Part shown: one piece after another, positions 37,380-48,100 of the stretch
Layout of the letters: each line of letters opens with the position of its first letter
Position numbering within the stretch: the first letter of the stretch is position 1
Source of the DNA: Nemertoderma westbladi
Taxonomy: Eukaryota; Animalia; Xenacoelomorpha
Length of the DNA: 64,000 nt
Assembly: GCA_032718475.1 (NCBI GenBank)
Contig: JAUCBJ010008717.1
Span: 1 to 64,000 of the forward strand
Direction: 5' to 3'
Position numbers and translations under genes: made by a program
The notes under the pieces: generated by a model
What the model saw: the letters and a program-made list of their open reading frames with translations, nothing else
The model's database searches: none
What the model was told of the DNA's origin: nothing

Positions 37380-38435
37380 GTGGTTGTCGAAAAGATGCCT
37401 CGCAAGATGAAACCGATTTTAAGCCGAAGCTTAGACAAAAAACTGTTAAGAATTTATTTAGATCCTTCATCCCCTGCAGGATTTGCAAGTGTTGCAAAAT
37501 TAGCAAAAGCTGCAAACATCAAACCGACGCAAGCCCAGAAATGGTTGAGCGGACAAAAGACATACACCCTTCACGCTCCACGTAGACAACATTATCCAAC
37601 ATCTAAAATATTTACGGGAGGCATAAAAGATATATATATGATAGATCTGGTGGATATGCAGCAATATAAGTCACAAAATAATAATTATAACTATATATTA
37701 ACATGCATTGATGCCTTCAGTCGGCTTGCTTTTGGCTATGCTATGAAAACAAAAAAGGGTGATGAAATTATTAGTATATTGCAAAAAATATTCCAGAAAG
37801 GAAAACCAAACAGAATCGCCACTGATCAAGGGTCTGAGTTTCTAAATAAATCTGTAAGGAAATATTTAGATACGTTAGGTATACAGTATTACGTAATGTA
37901 CTCTGTGAATAAGGCGGCTATTGTTGAGAGATTCAATCGCACATTAAAAACAAAGATGTTCAAAATTTTCACCCAGAGGGGAAATAATATTTGGATAAAA
38001 ATTTTACCTAAGCTTATCTCGGCTTATAATAGGTCGTATCATAGGACAATAAAAATGACTCCCATTGAAGTTAATAAATTTAATGAAACTGAATTAATGA
38101 ATAGATTATATGGGAAATATAGACAGATAAATCACAAGAAAATAAAATTTAAAGTTGGAGATACAGTACGATTATCTATTGCTCGTACTGCTTTTGCTAA
38201 AGGCTATCGAGAACAATGGACACGTGAATTATTTATTATTCATCGGGTTAGGTTGGATAGAGTACCAGCGGTAATGTTCGATATTAAGGACAGCACCGGA
38301 GCTATAATAAAGGGCTCATTTTATTCTCACGAACTCCAAAAGGTTCACCCGAATAGTAATATTTATCTAGCAATTGACAAAAAAATATTGGCAAACTTAA
38401 AGAACGTGTACGCAATGGGAAGAAAGAATATTTAG
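37380..38435 (+). CDS. Retroviral-like (rve) DDE integrase; chromodomain-like tail in the -1 frame to 38485
   Basis: YTLH, IDLVDM, CIDAFSR, TDQGSEF, VERFNRTLK, YHRTIKMTP, FKVGDTVR, KGY..QW, GSFY..EL. True start is probably MPRK a few codons in. Confidence 0.95.
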   Translation: MVVEKMPRKMKPILSRSLDKKLLRIYLDPSSPAGFASVAKLAKAANIKPTQAQKWLSGQKTYTLHAPRRQHYPTSKIFTGGIKDIYMIDLVDMQQYKSQNNNYNYILTCIDAFSRLAFGYAMKTKKGDEIISILQKIFQKGKPNRIATDQGSEFLNKSVRKYLDTLGIQYYVMYSVNKAAIVERFNRTLKTKMFKIFTQRGNNIWIKILPKLISAYNRSYHRTIKMTPIEVNKFNETELMNRLYGKYRQINHKKIKFKVGDTVRLSIARTAFAKGYREQWTRELFIIHRVRLDRVPAVMFDIKDSTGAIIKGSFYSHELQKVHPNSNIYLAIDKKILANLKNVYAMGRKNI

Positions 38436-38724
38436 TCCGATTCATCGGATCCAAGAAACAGTCCTGGGTACAGCATATTAAATAAGCTTAGGTTTATACT
38501 GTATATTAATTCATTTTGGTCGCATATGACCGTAATTAATCAATATTAACTCGAATGATATTACTATACTATATAGTTCATCCGCTTTAAATAAAGCCAA
38601 TAAAATATTGATCCCTAGCATATACTGTAGAAGATGCGGCGATGAACGTGGTCACAGATGTCTATAATTTAACATTATACTGTATGTACAAAGGAGTCAA
38701 GTAGAGAGAGAGCAAGCTTAAATA

Positions 38725-39597
38725 ATGGCCACAGATACATATATCACTCTACTGTCAGATAGCTCATTGAACATTTATCCCAATAATAATCCTAGTGAGT
38801 TTACTGTTGATTTAGCCGAAGAATTATATATTGGTCCAAATGCCAAAGTTGGAATTGCCGAACTTCAATATCAAGCAACATATAGTAATATTACGCTGCA
38901 AACTCAAATCTCGCTGTCAATCGGCGTCGATGCAAAAGATGCTAAATTATATAGTTTATTTCCTGGTATGCATAACTCTATTCAAGTGATTATTGATGAT
39001 ATAAATAAACTGTTTAATTCTGAAGCGAAATATAGAGATTTTGAATTCATTTTTAATACAAATAATTCTAGAATTAAATTTAAATTTCCTAAAAAGTTGA
39101 AAAAAATACAATTAAGTCTACGCGGTGATTTAATACAAATTCTAGGCTTAAATCCGTTATTGGATCGGAATCATCTGGATATTCCGAATTGGGATATATA
39201 CAGTACCACTACAGTAGATGAATTAAGCAATATAGAACAGCCGATATTAATTTTAAATTATAGTGGACCAAAAATTTCAGAAATTGGCATTTTAGATTTT
39301 CCAGCTCCCACAAATATAACACGTAATAAAGACACTATCTTTATATACACAGATATTATTAAGAGCTCATTTGTTGGTGACGCTTTAGCTCCGCTCTTAA
39401 GAACCTGCCCTTTATCGCAATTAAATCGAAAATATATTAATCACGAATACGAGAGCATTTGCTATTTCCCATTGTTGAATAAAAAACTAAAAACAATCTT
39501 AATTACTTTACGTGACGGCCAGGGGCAACTAATTAACTTCAGCGGAGGTCGCACTGTTGTAACACTTAAGTTAATACGGGGTGGCGGCGATGGATGA
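38725..39597 (+). CDS. Minor capsid protein (penton/PX-like) 1
   Basis: YITLLSDSS..YPNN.PSEF.V.L, VGIAELQY, IFIYTDII..SFVGDALAPLLR, G..INF.GG..VVTL. Confidence 0.8.
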   Translation: MATDTYITLLSDSSLNIYPNNNPSEFTVDLAEELYIGPNAKVGIAELQYQATYSNITLQTQISLSIGVDAKDAKLYSLFPGMHNSIQVIIDDINKLFNSEAKYRDFEFIFNTNNSRIKFKFPKKLKKIQLSLRGDLIQILGLNPLLDRNHLDIPNWDIYSTTTVDELSNIEQPILILNYSGPKISEIGILDFPAPTNITRNKDTIFIYTDIIKSSFVGDALAPLLRTCPLSQLNRKYINHEYESICYFPLLNKKLKTILITLRDGQGQLINFSGGRTVVTLKLIRGGGDG

Positions 39598-40435
39598 ATT
39601 CTACGTAAGGCTGCCAAGTAACTCCTGCCCAATTGATTTTCCCCGCAATAGCGCTAGTAATTATCAGATAAATTTCCACGGCGCCTTACCTATAAACCCA
39701 AACGAAAACTGGGTGGTAGGTATAAAAAGTATATTTTACTTAGCAACGTTGCCGTCCATGTATAACAATGTAGAGAATGTTATTTTATTAAAAAAAGGGA
39801 AAAAAATTTTTGAGGATACACTTCCATCTGGTTTATTCTACAGTATCAACGACATTATAGATTATTTTAACACGGGGACATTGAAAGATAAATTACAAAT
39901 AGTTGAAAATACTCAGCAAAATAGATTGCAATTTATTTTAGGGAAAACTGTGCGAGAGTTATTTATAGGTCAACAATTAGCCTATTATTTTGGAATTACT
40001 GAAAATAATCTCGGCGCGAATTTAAATCCAAATTTTAAAATTATTTTGAAGACGAAAAATAATATAAAGGGTTATTTAATAAAGGTTATCGGAAATGGAG
40101 AAAAAGCTTACCAGATGGTATTTTTATGCCCTCAACCACCCAACTCTATTCCAGAACCTAAATCGAACATGTACGTGACTACTAATATAATTGAAAATCA
40201 ATATATTAACGACTTTGGTTTAGCTTTACTTCGTCGTGTTGCGATACCTGATGATGTGAAATATGGTAGCGTAATAAATAAAGAATTTGCCAAGGATACA
40301 ATTCATTATATCCCTGTAAAAAAATCATATAAGATAACATACATTCATATTGAAATAACAGACAAAGAAGGAAAAGATTTGAATTTTGAATACGGCACAA
40401 CTTGTATTACCTTACACTTTAAACATATAAATTAA
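39581..40435 (+). CDS. Minor capsid protein (penton/PX-like) 2
   Basis: FYVRLPSNS...FPRNSASNY, WVVGIKSI, MYVTTNII..Q...LLRRV, G..LNF..G...ITLHFK; same layout as the upstream ORF. Confidence 0.78.
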   Translation: MAAMDEFYVRLPSNSCPIDFPRNSASNYQINFHGALPINPNENWVVGIKSIFYLATLPSMYNNVENVILLKKGKKIFEDTLPSGLFYSINDIIDYFNTGTLKDKLQIVENTQQNRLQFILGKTVRELFIGQQLAYYFGITENNLGANLNPNFKIILKTKNNIKGYLIKVIGNGEKAYQMVFLCPQPPNSIPEPKSNMYVTTNIIENQYINDFGLALLRRVAIPDDVKYGSVINKEFAKDTIHYIPVKKSYKITYIHIEITDKEGKDLNFEYGTTCITLHFKHIN

Positions 40436-40436
40436 A

Positions 40437-40997
40437 ATGGATTCCGATTTATTTCAAAGATACAGTAAACCACAATATGGGGGATCAGACTCTAATCTTG
40501 CTGTTTTTAAAGGGGGAAGAAGTACCAGAGGTTCGACTCAAGTTCCCGTTTTTCGAGGTGGTTCATATATTGACCCTTACGGTCAACAAATTGGCACATT
40601 TGGTCCAAACTTAAAACAACGTCGTTTTCAGCGTTATCGTAGAGGTATGCAGGCAAATCAACACGGAGAAGGTATATTTACAGACGCTTTATCGACATTG
40701 AAAAAATTTGGTAAGCCATTAGCTAAAAAAGTTTTACAGAAAGCTTTACCATTTACCACAAAATTTATGAGACAACACGTAATACCAAAAGGTAAGCGGG
40801 TCTTACATCAGCAGGCTAATACGGTTATTAATAAAGCATTAAATAAAATGAAACCGTCAACAAGGTCGGTTGTAGAAAAAGTTTATAGAGATTTAAAGCG
40901 ACCCGCTAGACCAATGTCTATGAACATACATCATCGACGTAGTAAAAAGAGAAATATAAAAGGTAAACTGAAACACTGCGAAAAAAGTATTTTTTAA
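40437..40997 (+). CDS. Basic core/maturation protein (PW-like) with xGG/GxG protease sites and an amphipathic helix
   Basis: QYGG, FKGG, FRGG, QHGEG followed by IFTDALSTLKKFGKPLAKKVL; K/R-rich; directly upstream of the major capsid gene. Confidence 0.7.
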   Translation: MDSDLFQRYSKPQYGGSDSNLAVFKGGRSTRGSTQVPVFRGGSYIDPYGQQIGTFGPNLKQRRFQRYRRGMQANQHGEGIFTDALSTLKKFGKPLAKKVLQKALPFTTKFMRQHVIPKGKRVLHQQANTVINKALNKMKPSTRSVVEKVYRDLKRPARPMSMNIHHRRSKKRNIKGKLKHCEKSIF

Positions 40998-40999
40998 TA

Positions 41000-42259
41000 A
41001 TGTCAATTATTAAGGAATTAGATTTATTTTCTACACAGCCAATACAGACTGAATTTAAAGCAAAACATTATGAAACAATTTACCCCGTATCTAATCTCAG
41101 AAGTGAATCTAGGGAGGTCACCTTCCTTGTACCCAGATCCAATGAATTCTATACGAAACTGCAAGACGCGTTATTAATTACAAAATGTACAGTACGTTGG
41201 GATAGACGACTTGAAAACTCCCATATTTATATGCTGAATTACCCAGCTGAAACTATGTGGAGTGATATTAAAATAGACCTTAATGAGAAGCAGGTTGAAA
41301 ATAGCAATAACCATTATTTCTACAAGTCGTACTTATCCAATTTATTATTTACAACTTACGAGGATAAAAATGGGCTACTGGGTGCTGGTGGCTTTCATCA
41401 ACCTTTATCTGAACATGGAAATGAAATTGATCCCGGCGCGCATCCTATTGGCGAGGCCTTTAGTAAACAAATGCAATTTGTAAGCGGATTGACGATTGAT
41501 TTTGATACTGAAACTAAAATAATACAACCTGGGTATGATTTAAGAATGCATTTTAGAAAAGTATCAAATTCGTTTATTTTTAAAATCACACCAAACGCAA
41601 ACGCCGTGACAAATCTTCGACTAGAATTAGATGAAATAAAAATTCTAATCCCTAGAATGGAGGTTAATCCGGTAATAGAAAGCAGTCACCTAAAAGGTTT
41701 AGAGAGCTACGATATTGAATATCAATTTCAAAAGAAAGAGGTAACTACATTTACTATTCCAGCTCAAACCACAAATTACACTCAAACAAACATATTTGAT
41801 GGTAAAAAACCCAAATTAGTTATTATTGGCTTCATAACAAATAACGCTTATTCGGGAGAATTAATTAGCAATCCCTTGAAATTTGAACATTTTAACCTTA
41901 GACGCGCGGAACTGATTGTAGACGGTCTTCCAGTAGGAGGTGTAATATACGAACCTAATTTTACAGATGGAACATATATTTTTGAGTATACTCAATTAAT
42001 GAAGAACATTAATACATATATTAACGGTTATGGGGGTAATAATATAGACCATGAAACCTACTTAGGTAATTGTCCCATCCTATCCTGGGACCTAACCGCT
42101 GACGGGTACGTTAGAGATCCGCAACCGTCGATATATACTAATGGTCAATTAAAATTAAGATTTGCCGAACCGTTGGTTGAAACCGTAAATGTAATCGTTT
42201 TTAATATTTATGATCAATCATTAAGTTTAAATAGCAGGAAAGAAATACATATCGATTAA
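41000..42259 (+). CDS. Major capsid protein (double jelly-roll, PY / F54H12.2-like)
   Basis: ELDLFS..PIQT, KPKLVIIGFITNNAYSG...NPLKFEHFNL....L.VDG, DLT.D, G.LKLRFAEPL. Confidence 0.88.
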   Translation: MSIIKELDLFSTQPIQTEFKAKHYETIYPVSNLRSESREVTFLVPRSNEFYTKLQDALLITKCTVRWDRRLENSHIYMLNYPAETMWSDIKIDLNEKQVENSNNHYFYKSYLSNLLFTTYEDKNGLLGAGGFHQPLSEHGNEIDPGAHPIGEAFSKQMQFVSGLTIDFDTETKIIQPGYDLRMHFRKVSNSFIFKITPNANAVTNLRLELDEIKILIPRMEVNPVIESSHLKGLESYDIEYQFQKKEVTTFTIPAQTTNYTQTNIFDGKKPKLVIIGFITNNAYSGELISNPLKFEHFNLRRAELIVDGLPVGGVIYEPNFTDGTYIFEYTQLMKNINTYINGYGGNNIDHETYLGNCPILSWDLTADGYVRDPQPSIYTNGQLKLRFAEPLVETVNVIVFNIYDQSLSLNSRKEIHID

Positions 42260-42261
42260 GT

Positions 42262-42714
42262 ATGTTATCTACAGAGGACCTTGATATGTTTCCAGTGGGT
42301 GGTCACTATTTGGGCGCGTTTCCAGCTAACAAATTACCTAAATTAGATAATAATAAGCGGCGGGATTATGGCTTGATAGTAAATACTGATAAACAGCATC
42401 TACCTGGGATTCATTGGATCGCTATATATATACGAGATAATGAGGCAGAAGTATTTGATTCGTTTGGACCAAAATATCCAAACAGATGCATCGAAAAATG
42501 GCTTGAGAAAAATTCCGCAAGGTGGCGTACTACACGCAAACAATTTCAAGACCCTAGACGGACCACATGCGGCCTGTACTGTCTCTATTACTTAGTAAAT
42601 CGTATTCACACAATCTATCCAATGAGGGCGTTTACAAATAATGTGGAAATCAATGAAATTATATTATATAAATGGCTTGTTAATTATTATAAATTAAACC
42701 AACAAACTTTGTAA
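42262..42714 (+). CDS. Adenain-like cysteine (maturation) protease
   Basis: VNTD...PGIHWIA (His), FDSFG (Asp), QFQ...TCGLYC (Gln/Cys). Confidence 0.92.
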   Translation: MLSTEDLDMFPVGGHYLGAFPANKLPKLDNNKRRDYGLIVNTDKQHLPGIHWIAIYIRDNEAEVFDSFGPKYPNRCIEKWLEKNSARWRTTRKQFQDPRRTTCGLYCLYYLVNRIHTIYPMRAFTNNVEINEIILYKWLVNYYKLNQQTL

Positions 42715-42749
42715 TTAATCATTTAGCTTGTTTTTGTTTATCAAATAAA

Positions 42750-43340
42750 ATGGATAATATTATTTTTGTTGATTTTCAATATTATAAGATAGACAATAAG
42801 GAGTATCCGGTAGTATTTAAAGAATTTGCAATATACGATTCTAATTACACCAAAACTAATGTAAAGACGTTTTTAATTAAAGGCCCCCCTAATATTAAGT
42901 TATCAGCTTTAGATACAGCTCACGTAAACAATTTACGAGATATGGGTTCTCACTTGCCCTGGGACTACGGAGACATTTCTCAAGATGACTTTATAAAATA
43001 TATGAAGAGACATTTAAAATATAAAAAAAACATTTATGTATTTGGGTTGATGAAGCGGGCAATATTAGTTTCCCAACTCGATGTTCTCGAGCCAAATTCG
43101 GTGGAGAAATTGGGAATATATAAGCAATATCACGATTATTTAACACCTTGTCGATTTCACGATCGAATCACTACAGTATGCGCGTTCCACTTAAACATAA
43201 GGGATAACTGTCTGCGATACTGCTCAGCAAAACGTGTTGGTTGGTTTGAGGCTCTACACTTTTTCTTGAGAAAGCGTTTAACTGCGACTGATGTCGATGA
43301 TAAACAGAAAGAAGTAACTGCGGTGGAAGATGTACTGTAG
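42750..43340 (+). CDS. Polinton accessory protein, possible DnaQ/DEDD exonuclease-like fold with Cys/His tail
   Basis: IIFVDFQ...VFKEFAI, LPWDYGDI, IYVFG..KR, C.FH...CS..RV; fold assignment is from recollection of similar Polinton ORFs. Confidence 0.55.
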   Translation: MDNIIFVDFQYYKIDNKEYPVVFKEFAIYDSNYTKTNVKTFLIKGPPNIKLSALDTAHVNNLRDMGSHLPWDYGDISQDDFIKYMKRHLKYKKNIYVFGLMKRAILVSQLDVLEPNSVEKLGIYKQYHDYLTPCRFHDRITTVCAFHLNIRDNCLRYCSAKRVGWFEALHFFLRKRLTATDVDDKQKEVTAVEDVL

Positions 43341-43442
43341 GTTTACTCTAAGCATGTAATGTAATGTGATGGGATAATATAATTGTTTTAATGTCAATAA
43401 AAATAATAAAAACATTAAAATCTATTTTTTATATCTCAGTTT

Positions 43443-43492
43443 ACACAAACACACACACACACACACCCACACACACACACACACACACACAC
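43443..43492. repeat. (CA)n microsatellite
   Basis: Directly visible. Confidence 0.95.
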
Positions 43493-44197
43493 CGATGGTC
43501 GGTGGTTGTATCAGAGTTTAACTGTAGAACGACAGAATGGCCCCTCCGACAGCAACCCCAGAGCTTTAGCGTTACCAGTACCGTAGTTACTAATAATAAA
43601 ATTAAGTTGAGATGCTGGGTTTGTGAATACAGCATTAGAGGAGGCCTACCTAACAATAGGGCTACTGGTACCGGCACGGTAGCACTCTTGTACCTGTATC
43701 TTTGATTAGCATTGTACTGCAGTACCGGTACGACAGTACCTGCAGTAACAAACTAGGCTAATGTATACAATATCGTGAGCTAGTTACAATCAGATGTGTA
43801 CGCAGTCAGCCATGTTGTGGGGATGCGGTCAACCTCACAGCTCCTATCCACAACTGTCATCCACTTTATCAGTACAGCAGTAATCTGATGCAATAGCATT
43901 TGTTTTTTTTTTTTCACCTATAAGGATACTGCTGTCTACCCGAATCTTGATTAGCATAGGCCTACTGCTGTCATAACCTAGATTACATGCAGGAGTCTCA
44001 CATATAGGGATTAGATTGCCTACCTAAACAATACAGTACTGCAGTACTGCAGTGCGGTACCGGTACTACTGTATTAATGTAACAGCACCCGCAGTAACAA
44101 ACTAAACCATTGTATACAATATCGTGAGTCGGATATAATCAGATGTGTACACAGTCATGGGATGCGGTCAATCACGCAGTCAGAGCAGCATCGCTGC

Positions 44198-44418
44198 CAG
44201 CCTCGCAACCAGCCTCGCGGCACGCAGCAGCCTCGCAACCAGCCTCGCGGCACGCGGCAGCCTCGCAACCAGCCTCGCGGCACGCGGCAGCCTCGCAACC
44301 AGCCTCGCGGCACGTGGCAGCCTCGCAGCCAGCCTCGCGGCACGCGGCAGCCTTGCAACCAGCCTCGCGGCACGTGGCAGCCTCGCAGCCAGCCTCGCGG
44401 CACGCGGCAGCCTCGCAG
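44198..44418. repeat. GC-rich 30-bp tandem repeat, ~7 copies, inside the Polinton
   Basis: CAGCCTCGCAACCAGCCTCGCGGCACGCGG units. Confidence 0.95.
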
Positions 44419-44556
44419 TTGATCATGCTGTCAGCCAGCCAGCTACGCAGCTAGGCACGCAGTCAGCCCGTGAGAGTCATGCTTATTCAAACGAGGTTAG
44501 TTTTCCCTAACTACCGATAGATTGATTGAAAAATAATAATGTTTAATTTTCACCTT

Positions 44557-45102
44557 CTAATCACCAACACCTAAAGTCACAACACCAAACATTAATAAAT
44601 AATTAACAAGTTTACTAAATATAGGGTAATAAATGTGAAATTTGCTAGGTGAACACATTAAAGTACATTTACCAGTATGAAAACAGCAAATGACTACGGT
44701 ATTATTTATTCTTATTTTGCAATTATTAAAAATTTCAGGTTCATATATAACTTGAAGTTGCACATTATCAAAGACAACATAAAACCCAGTATTGTTTATC
44801 AATAACCTATAGACTACAGACTTAATACTAAAAATATAAGTACATAAATTAACAGATTTTAAAATCAAATTAATACTAGTTTTATCAAATATATGTTTTT
44901 TTACTTTTTGGAAATTATACTTACTGCCTAATAATGTAATACGACCATTTTTAAATATTAATAATGTGGCACCAAATATCTTATATATAAACTGATTTGG
45001 TTTGAGTATGTGTTTACCAGATAATTGATTTTTTAATTCTTTAAAATTAATCGCTGACACTTGCTGACAACTTACATTCTTATTGACTATCTGATAGTTC
45101 AT
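44557..45102 (-). CDS. TATA-binding protein (TBP)-like protein, 181 aa, divergent
   Basis: Two TBP-like repeats: YQIVN...INFKEL...ATLLIFKNGRITLLGSK and SVN...YEPEIF...IR...VICCFHTGKCTLM (compare TBP TALIFSSGKMVCTGAK and YEPELFPGLIYR..VLLIFVSGK); size equals the TBP core. Confidence 0.78.
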   Translation of the reverse strand: MNYQIVNKNVSCQQVSAINFKELKNQLSGKHILKPNQFIYKIFGATLLIFKNGRITLLGSKYNFQKVKKHIFDKTSINLILKSVNLCTYIFSIKSVVYRLLINNTGFYVVFDNVQLQVIYEPEIFNNCKIRINNTVVICCFHTGKCTLMCSPSKFHIYYPIFSKLVNYLLMFGVVTLGVGD

Positions 45103-48100
45103 TGTTTGGCTCCCGATAAATAGGTATATTGTTTTTTTTCATAGGTTTTTCAACCTTTGTTTGATAGTGACCCCAGGGAAGCGAATGATTTTTATTAATC
45201 CAATAAAGTTTATCATCAAATGCGCTGAGAGCAAACTTATCACGTGCTATAGTATACACTTTGTGTAATTTGCTCTGAAATTGATGTATTTCTTTTGCGA
45301 TTTCTTCGTTTGAGTTATATGCCCTCAAATAATCTTCGTGGCAAATATTTTTATCCACGACAGCTCTTGTTATTCCTTTTGCTCTACGAATATTGGAATC
45401 ATTCCATTCCAAAATTGAATATAACTTTGGTCTTAAAAATACCGCTTGTTTAATTTCACGTGAGGCTAGTTCGTCTTTGCAGTAATAGAGCTTGGATTTA
45501 TTTTTATCACTGTAGAGTGGGTGATCCTTGGGGTAATTGGATGTATCTAAAATATTATTTTTAATTAAGGCTTTTAAAAAATTATTCTGCGATGTGTTAT
45601 AGTAACAACCTATTAAAGAGTCCGTATCTGATGCTACAATTTCAATACGGCAGTTTAATTCTTTCTCAATAGGTAGCAATTTATCGTAATACAACTCATA
45701 CATATCCAATTTAGCCAAGTCCAACACAGTACTACCTATATAGACCGGCTTATCGAGAGTTACAGAGTCTTTCACTAATAAATGTCCCGATAAGGAATCG
45801 TTATAAATCATGAAATTTTCGTGATTTATACGTTTGACTAACAAATCGCATTTTTCTTTACTATTAGCGATACGAAAGTTGCATCGGTCCCTTATCTTTT
45901 CAATCGTTTTTCCAAATAAAGAATTATTCAGAAGCTTCGCGACAGCTGTTTCAATATAACTTTTTGCTAGCCGCCTTTGATTAATATTTAAATCGATGTA
46001 ATTTTTAAATACAAATTCTTGTTGAAAAGAATATAATTTATGTAGTTTAGTAACAATTAATCCATGTTTTATATAAAATTTTAACAGTTTTAAATTTACA
46101 TGATAGAATTCCTTATCGAATTGTGTCAACATAAGTTTTGGAACACACATCTTATAATTGCTATTAGTGCCTCTTTGTTTACAAACATTGTTATATTGTT
46201 CCCTCATATATGGTGAAAGCATTGTCTCATTTATACTTAAATGTTCTGGGGCTAAGGGTAGTTCTAATGTACGATCGTGAATATCTTTGGGATATTTCAA
46301 ATCGCAAATTAAGAAAAACCCAATATCCCCTTCAGTATCGAGATTTGATAAATATTTTATCAGTTCTTCTGGAGCAGCATTCTCTAAATATGTAACGTTG
46401 ACTTGTTCAAAACCTGAAACAGGTAGCTTTTTACTTAAATTACCAGAATACAAGGAATTAGAATCTATATTGAAAATATGACACTCTTCCTTGCTTGGAT
46501 CATAATTATCAGTATCTGGTATATTTGATTCTATGTAATGCTTTCGACAGAATGAAACCCCTCCTCTAATAGAGGCTTCAAAATCTCTATATGTTTGGTA
46601 ATCTTTTATTAATGTTAACTTACATTTATTGTATTTCAGGGCGCAATCATAAGTGAAAGCTGCGATACTACAATAATAAACTACTTCTAATTCGTAGTTT
46701 TGTCTACACACTCTCCTAAAGTTCTCAAATATATCAGCGAGGAGACAAACATCGAGTTTTAAGTATGCTAAAAGATAATCCTTGAGATTCACACAGTCAA
46801 ACTGACTCCATGATGCGTTGGCGAAACTATATTCCTCGGGTGTACAGGTATTTTGTGTTAATTTACTATAAAATTTGTCTATTGATGGTAATTTCGAATC
46901 ATTGAATTTATTTAAATCTGTCAGATACTCGTAGGGAAATATACCTTTTCGTTTAATTGTTGCATTATTTAAATTTGGATAAAAATATTTCATTTGCTGT
47001 TCAGTAATTGGTAGAACTGATGTTATATCCTCGCTGTCTATATCCTTTGTTGAACAATCAACTAAAGTACTTAGGGAAAAGGATAAAAATTGATATGTGT
47101 CTAAGACACGTAGCTCGATTTTAGTTGTTGACCCTTTCACTGGTATATGCATGCTTAGTGAAATATACCTTTCAGAATTTTTAGGGATTACCTTTATATC
47201 CCAATCGGAATATCTATTGTTGGTAAAACCAACTTGTAAAAGAAAATGCAAATCGTAGAGATTGCAGTTGTGTGCAGCGAGTATATACATGTGTCGTTTC
47301 AATGATAAAGAGCGGTTACATGCGTTACAAGCAGCTGCTATATAGTTACCAGTAATATGTGAGTGATGTTTATTTTTCTCAGACTTATCCTTAAATAAAA
47401 CATTGCAATAAAAGCAAGTTTTAGCTTTCCAAAAACTTAACTTATCTACGTCGTTTAGTATCATTTTTTCATGTGTATGATCTTCTGCCCACTTATATAA
47501 TTGGGTGATGTCATTATATACAGAGTCTAAAAAGTCTTGAATACAGTTGTTGTCGATTGTTTTTGTAAAGGTCTTCAAATAAAATTTTGGTGGATTGATT
47601 AATTCACTACTAGGAACAATTAAATAACTTACAGCGCATGGAATATGATTCTGAATAAATTTACTGTTGGTGGCTGGCTCCAAAATAGATTCTATGTCAA
47701 AATATATTACAAACAATGCTGGTAATGTTCTGTCTAAATTTCTAAAGCTAATGTGAGTTCTTTTTTCAGACGGTAGCTTCTCAACTTGACTTTTTCCTCG
47801 ATAACAAGTAAGACGGTGACGTTCTAGAACATCCTTGCTGTAGAAAGGCGACAAACACCGTTCACAAAATTTCCTACATCCAATATGCTTACTTCTTGTA
47901 TTCATCATGCGATTCAAGTTAGTTATGCAAACATAATGTGATTGTTTACTCGTATTCTTATTTTTTACAAGTAATATATTCAATAACTCTTTATCTGGAG
48001 TGATTTTACTAAATGGTGCCTGTCTTAATATAGATACTCGATTGTTCTCGTAGAGTAATAAATTAATTATATATGCTGAATTCTGTTTTTCAAAAAGTTT

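Noticed and set aside
44143-44510. ORFs in several frames with 10-aa repeats
   Set aside because: A 30-bp GC-rich repeat is open in most frames; no independent coding evidence.
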